Position numbers and translations under genes: made by a program | Assembly: GCF_009914755.1 (NCBI RefSeq) | Contig: NC_060947.1 | Strand: one strand, 5' to 3' | DNA length: 64,000 nt | Origin: the human T2T-CHM13v2.0 reference genome, Homo sapiens | Notes under the pieces: generated by a model | Databases searched by the model: none | What the model was told of the DNA's origin: nothing | What the model saw: the letters and a program-made list of their open reading frames with translations, nothing else | Shown: positions 58,980-64,000 of the stretch, piece after piece | Layout of the letters: each line of letters begins with the position of its first letter | Position numbering within the stretch: position 1 is the first letter of the stretch

Positions 58980-59960
58980 TGTATTAACTGAACTCTTATG
59001 TCCTCACAGTCTAAACTTATTCCTCTACCCTTGTATATTTTTCATCTCAGTAAATGTCAGCTTTTTTCTTGAAGTTTTTAGGCTAAAAGCCTTGGGGTTT
59101 TTCTTTACTCCTTTCTTCTTCTCATGCCCCCCAAATCCAATCTGTCGGGAAATCATGATGGCTACGTTTTCAAAATATATTCAAAATCTTAGGATTTTAT
59201 ATCACCTCTGTTGCCAATCTCCCAGTCCAAACTGCCATCACCTCTAATCCTCTAATGTAGGTTATTTATGTAGGCCATTATGTAGCCTATTAAGATAGGC
59301 TATTTATTAAGGCAGATTATTTTGGTAGTCTCCTAACAGATTTTCCAGCTCTCCTTGTTTTCTTCCTATAGTCTATTCTCCACAAAACTACCAAGGTAAA
59401 TCTTTACAAGTCATATCATGTAACTTCTCTCTCTAAATGATCAATGGCAGCCTATCTCATATTCAGTGAAGTTCAAAGTTCTTACTGTGACCTTACCTCC
59501 TTGATTAAATCTCCTACTGCACTTCCCCTCCCTCATGCCACTCTTGTCACACTGTCACTTCAATGTTCTCTAAAACATCAAGCACATTCCTATCTCAGCT
59601 CCTTTGTTTCTGCTCTGTCCCTTTGCCTGGGATTCTCTTTTCTCATTCTATCATTTCACTCAGATCTCTGCTAAAGTATCACCAAACAACGGTTTCCCTC
59701 AAACCCTGTACTAAATTGCAACCCCTCCTTCCAAAACTCTTTATTACTATTACTTAACCGACTTTCTTTTTCTTCATAGCGCTAAAAAATACCCATCATG
59801 TTTTATGTTGATATGTGTTTTTGTCCCCCACCACACTATCACTAGAAAATATTTTCCATGTGATCAAAGACTTTGTTCATAGCTGCATTTCAGTACCTGG
59901 AAGAGTGGCTGATATTTAATGATGATAAATAAATGTTTATTTAATAAATGAATTGCATGA
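58980..59960 (+). mobile_element. LINE-2 (L2a-like) 3' region
   Basis: C/T-rich L2 body, ending AATAAATGTTTATTTAATAAATGAA. Confidence 0.7.
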
Positions 59961-60249
59961 CATGACAGGAAGAAACATGACATGAAAGAGCAATTATTCT
60001 ATCATATACTGTTAACAAAATGAAGCAGAGTGCATAGTGCTAAAAGGCAGAAAATAGCAATAGCAAAAGAAAACTTTTCTTACTCTTCTGTTTTTTGGAT
60101 ATTCCAAATTATCTTTAATGAACATATATGATTTTTTAATGGATAAAATTGTTGAACTTCAAAAAATCATTAAAATATAACAGAATAAATAAAACATTAA
60201 AACTCAATGAATTTAACTATATTAACATTTTACTCTTATATTTCTATTA

Positions 60250-60730
60250 ACCAAATAAAATTTTGAAGGCAAACTTGGAAAATATTCACACCAGTTATGC
60301 CAAATCAATTGGTATATTATTTGTTTTTATATAAAGAGGTCACACAAATCAATACAAGAGCACATGGGCAAAAGTAGTTTTTGGGAAAACATAACAACAG
60401 ACAACTATAAAAGGATAAAACAACTAGATGACAGACATACGACAATAACACTGTCTAAAGTAACTAGCTAAGATGCAATTTTAGTGAGATACTGTTTTCA
60501 CCTATGAAATTAGTAATACTGAAGAAAGTGTCAATATTGATGAGGCTGTAGTTAAAACAGGCATTCTCAGGTATTGCTTATCAGGGTTTAAATTTATAAA
60601 ATCCTTTTGAAACTATTTTATTAGATAGCAATATGTTTTAGTATCTCTAAAGTTGTTCATAGGTTTTGAACAAGTTTTTATCATCCGAAAAGTCATATTA
60701 GAATGGAAAATAACATTTTCAAACCTCAGT
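60250..60730 (+). mobile_element. Diverged L1ME ORF2 3' fragment
   Basis: GATGCAATTTTAGTGAGATACTGTTTTCACCTAT...TTGATGAGGCTGT pattern. Confidence 0.5.
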
Positions 60731-63139
60731 AAGCATCTTTGGAGTACTCTTCATGCTTCATCATTCTTCTATAGCCATGCCCCCAGTCCTCTTTCATGCC
60801 ACAGCATATGCTAAAAAAGTGCATTGTGTTTGCAAATATAACTATTACATGCCAGACAAACTCATTATTCTTTATATATAACATCCTTTTTTTCTATCTG
60901 CTTTTCTCAAGTAGCTACATCTACCACAGACATGAGATCATAGAAGGTATATAGCACCTATTTGTTAATCAAATTATTGAAAATACACATCTGGTTTTCT
61001 TCTAACCATGAAATTATTTTCTGTTGTTAGAAATAGAGGATAACATCCAAAGAGAAAGGAGAGAATCAATGTAGTTATCCCCTGCCAATCCAGAACCAAT
61101 AACTTCACCTTGATCTTAACCTTTCCTCTATGGTGGTGTCCAACTTATACCAAATATCAATTTGATGCTTTACACAAACTGTCTTTTTGCACACGAGCGT
61201 GTGTGTGTGTTTGCTTGTTCATGTGTTTTTGTGTGCTCAGGGAGAAGAAAGATTATCAGAATTGCCTGATTAATGTAATTTAAGTAGGCAAACCAGTTAT
61301 AGGAGTAGAGATGATATTATCTGACTTATACAACCTCAGCATTAACTAACTCAGAACAGAAACAGAAAAGAAAGTACAAATTGAAAGGCATCACTAAATG
61401 AAGTATACTTGGAAGAGAATAAAAGTGTTAAAGAAAGACCATTAATAAAAGAAATACTTTGTTTTTTGACCTATTATACACATTCTATATAATTCCCCTA
61501 GAAGAGCAAGTAGTAGAGATACTTGAGACTGAGGAAGACGTAGGTGTCAAGCTCACTAAGTATCTGTAGTCACTTGTAAAATGAATTGTTGAACCAACAG
61601 AGTAACTCTTGCTAGGTAAATAAAGCAAGGATACAATTAATCTGATTAAAGGAATGGGCAAGAACTGAGACAAATGATTAAATTTGCTCCAAATTAAAGA
61701 GACAACTTTGGCAACTTTTTTCATCTATATAAAATAAAGCTATTTAATATAATATCTAATGTTTCTTTTTAAATGTAAATCTATTTCTAAAATATATTCT
61801 ATTCTATTCTAGTATCTAATATTTCTTTTGAATGTAAATCTATTTCTAAACTATATTATATTCCCAAATGTTTATTAGTGATAGGTAAAATCATGTCAGT
61901 GAATGTAAAATATTGGCAATTTTATGTTTTTAATTTCAAAAACCACAGCTCTATGTTTCCCTTTATATTCAAAAATAATAATACATATAATGGATGTTGC
62001 TTTTATCACCAACAAGGATAGGCTATGCAGTCCTGCCTTCTGAGCCATTTATTGTTTCTTATCTGGTGTTATGTTTGACAACAAACACAGTATATAATTA
62101 AACTCAGATTTTGTGTAAAAGCATTAGGTTGTAGCCTGGGGTGAGGCAGTCACAGAGCTTTTCACTTCTTGAACGATGTTAAATTATGATACACTTTCTC
62201 TTATCTATGAATAAAATATTTGGATCATTTGCAGTATGGGGAGATAATCATCATCCTTTAGCAACTGAAGAACAGTATTCACAAAATGTAAGGATGACCA
62301 ATAATATATGTATATTTTCCCCCAGGATTAATTCTAAGTGTTTAAACATGAGTCCACAGATTTTTGTCTTTGGAACATGTCTAAAAATCTTCAGTCTCTT
62401 CACATTAAGTGTGGGTGAGAAGCCTCTACTGCTTTAAAATTGCTCTAATAGGGAGAAGATGAGGCAACTATCTAAATAATTTTTATATGTACTCAAATCA
62501 ATTTTTAAATTTATGTCGCCCTTGTAAAAATAGTACCACCCTCTCTGAAATCACATCCTTATGCAATAAGCTTTTCGTTCCTTACCCCTATCTTACTATC
62601 TTAATGTTGGGTTGGTGCCTAGATCAGAAAGGCATTTCTAACTACCACCATTTCATCCGAAAGGAATTTCCAAACTCTGTTACTCTTAATAGGAACTTGT
62701 AGTTACTATGTAGCTATGTACCTATTTGCCTTCACAGATACCTACATGGACTATATAAGTATACTCTATAAAAATGCAAACATGTAAAAAACAGCCCAAA
62801 TTTTTTTTCAGAAATTTCAGTATTATCTAAAAATTAAAAAATTTGACATATGCAAGTATAACTGAGAAAGGCTAATTAAAAACAGTAAAAATAAAAAAGT
62901 TAACAGTCAAAGCACTTCTGAGTTAGCAAAGAGTTCATAAAGAATGAAATAAGTCATACATTTGGTGATTTCAAATATAGACTGTCTTATTAAATTAAGT
63001 GGTTTGGATTCATTGCATTCCAAGTCAACATAAATGATTTTTAAGTTGGCCTTGCTTTATACATCCTGAAGTCAACTTTCTCAGCACAGGAGTGGGAGAA
63101 GAATGTTGCTATCACCGTTTCTATTTAACAGTGTACCAG

Positions 63140-64000
<861 letters not shown>

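Overview
Primate (almost certainly human) genomic DNA, not microbial. It is AT-rich and dominated by L1. The only intact protein-coding gene is PABPC5 (CDS 49695-50843, +, 382 aa, four RRMs, no linker or MLLE domain, intronless CDS), with a CpG-island promoter and a long U/A-rich 3' UTR. This places the window at the Xq21.3 PABPC5 locus (my recognition of the protein, not a database hit). The upstream ~47 kb is nested, decayed transposable elements: L1MA, L1PA and L1PB, L1MC/MD, Alu, Tigger2 inside Tigger3, a MER57-type ERV1 int/env/LTR remnant, MaLR LTRs, L2 and hAT MITEs. It also holds a processed pseudogene of TSC22D3 (GILZ) at ~36172-38545. I found no CRISPR array, RNA gene, intact retroelement ORF or convincing new multi-gene system. 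The best leads are: (i) PABPC5 substitutions at residues PABPC1 uses for eIF4G and RNA binding; (ii) a possibly stop-free in-frame leader allowing a non-AUG extended PABPC5; (iii) a distal poly(A) signal donated by an antisense L1ME; (iv) an Alu-coupled micro-inversion in the TSC22D3 retrocopy; (v) a composite L1PB insertion carrying older DNA between one TSD pair; (vi) several fold-back palindrome scars. Repeat subfamily names and comparisons to PABPC1 or TSC22D3 come from remembered consensus sequences and need RepeatMasker or BLAST confirmation. Many repeat boundaries are approximate.
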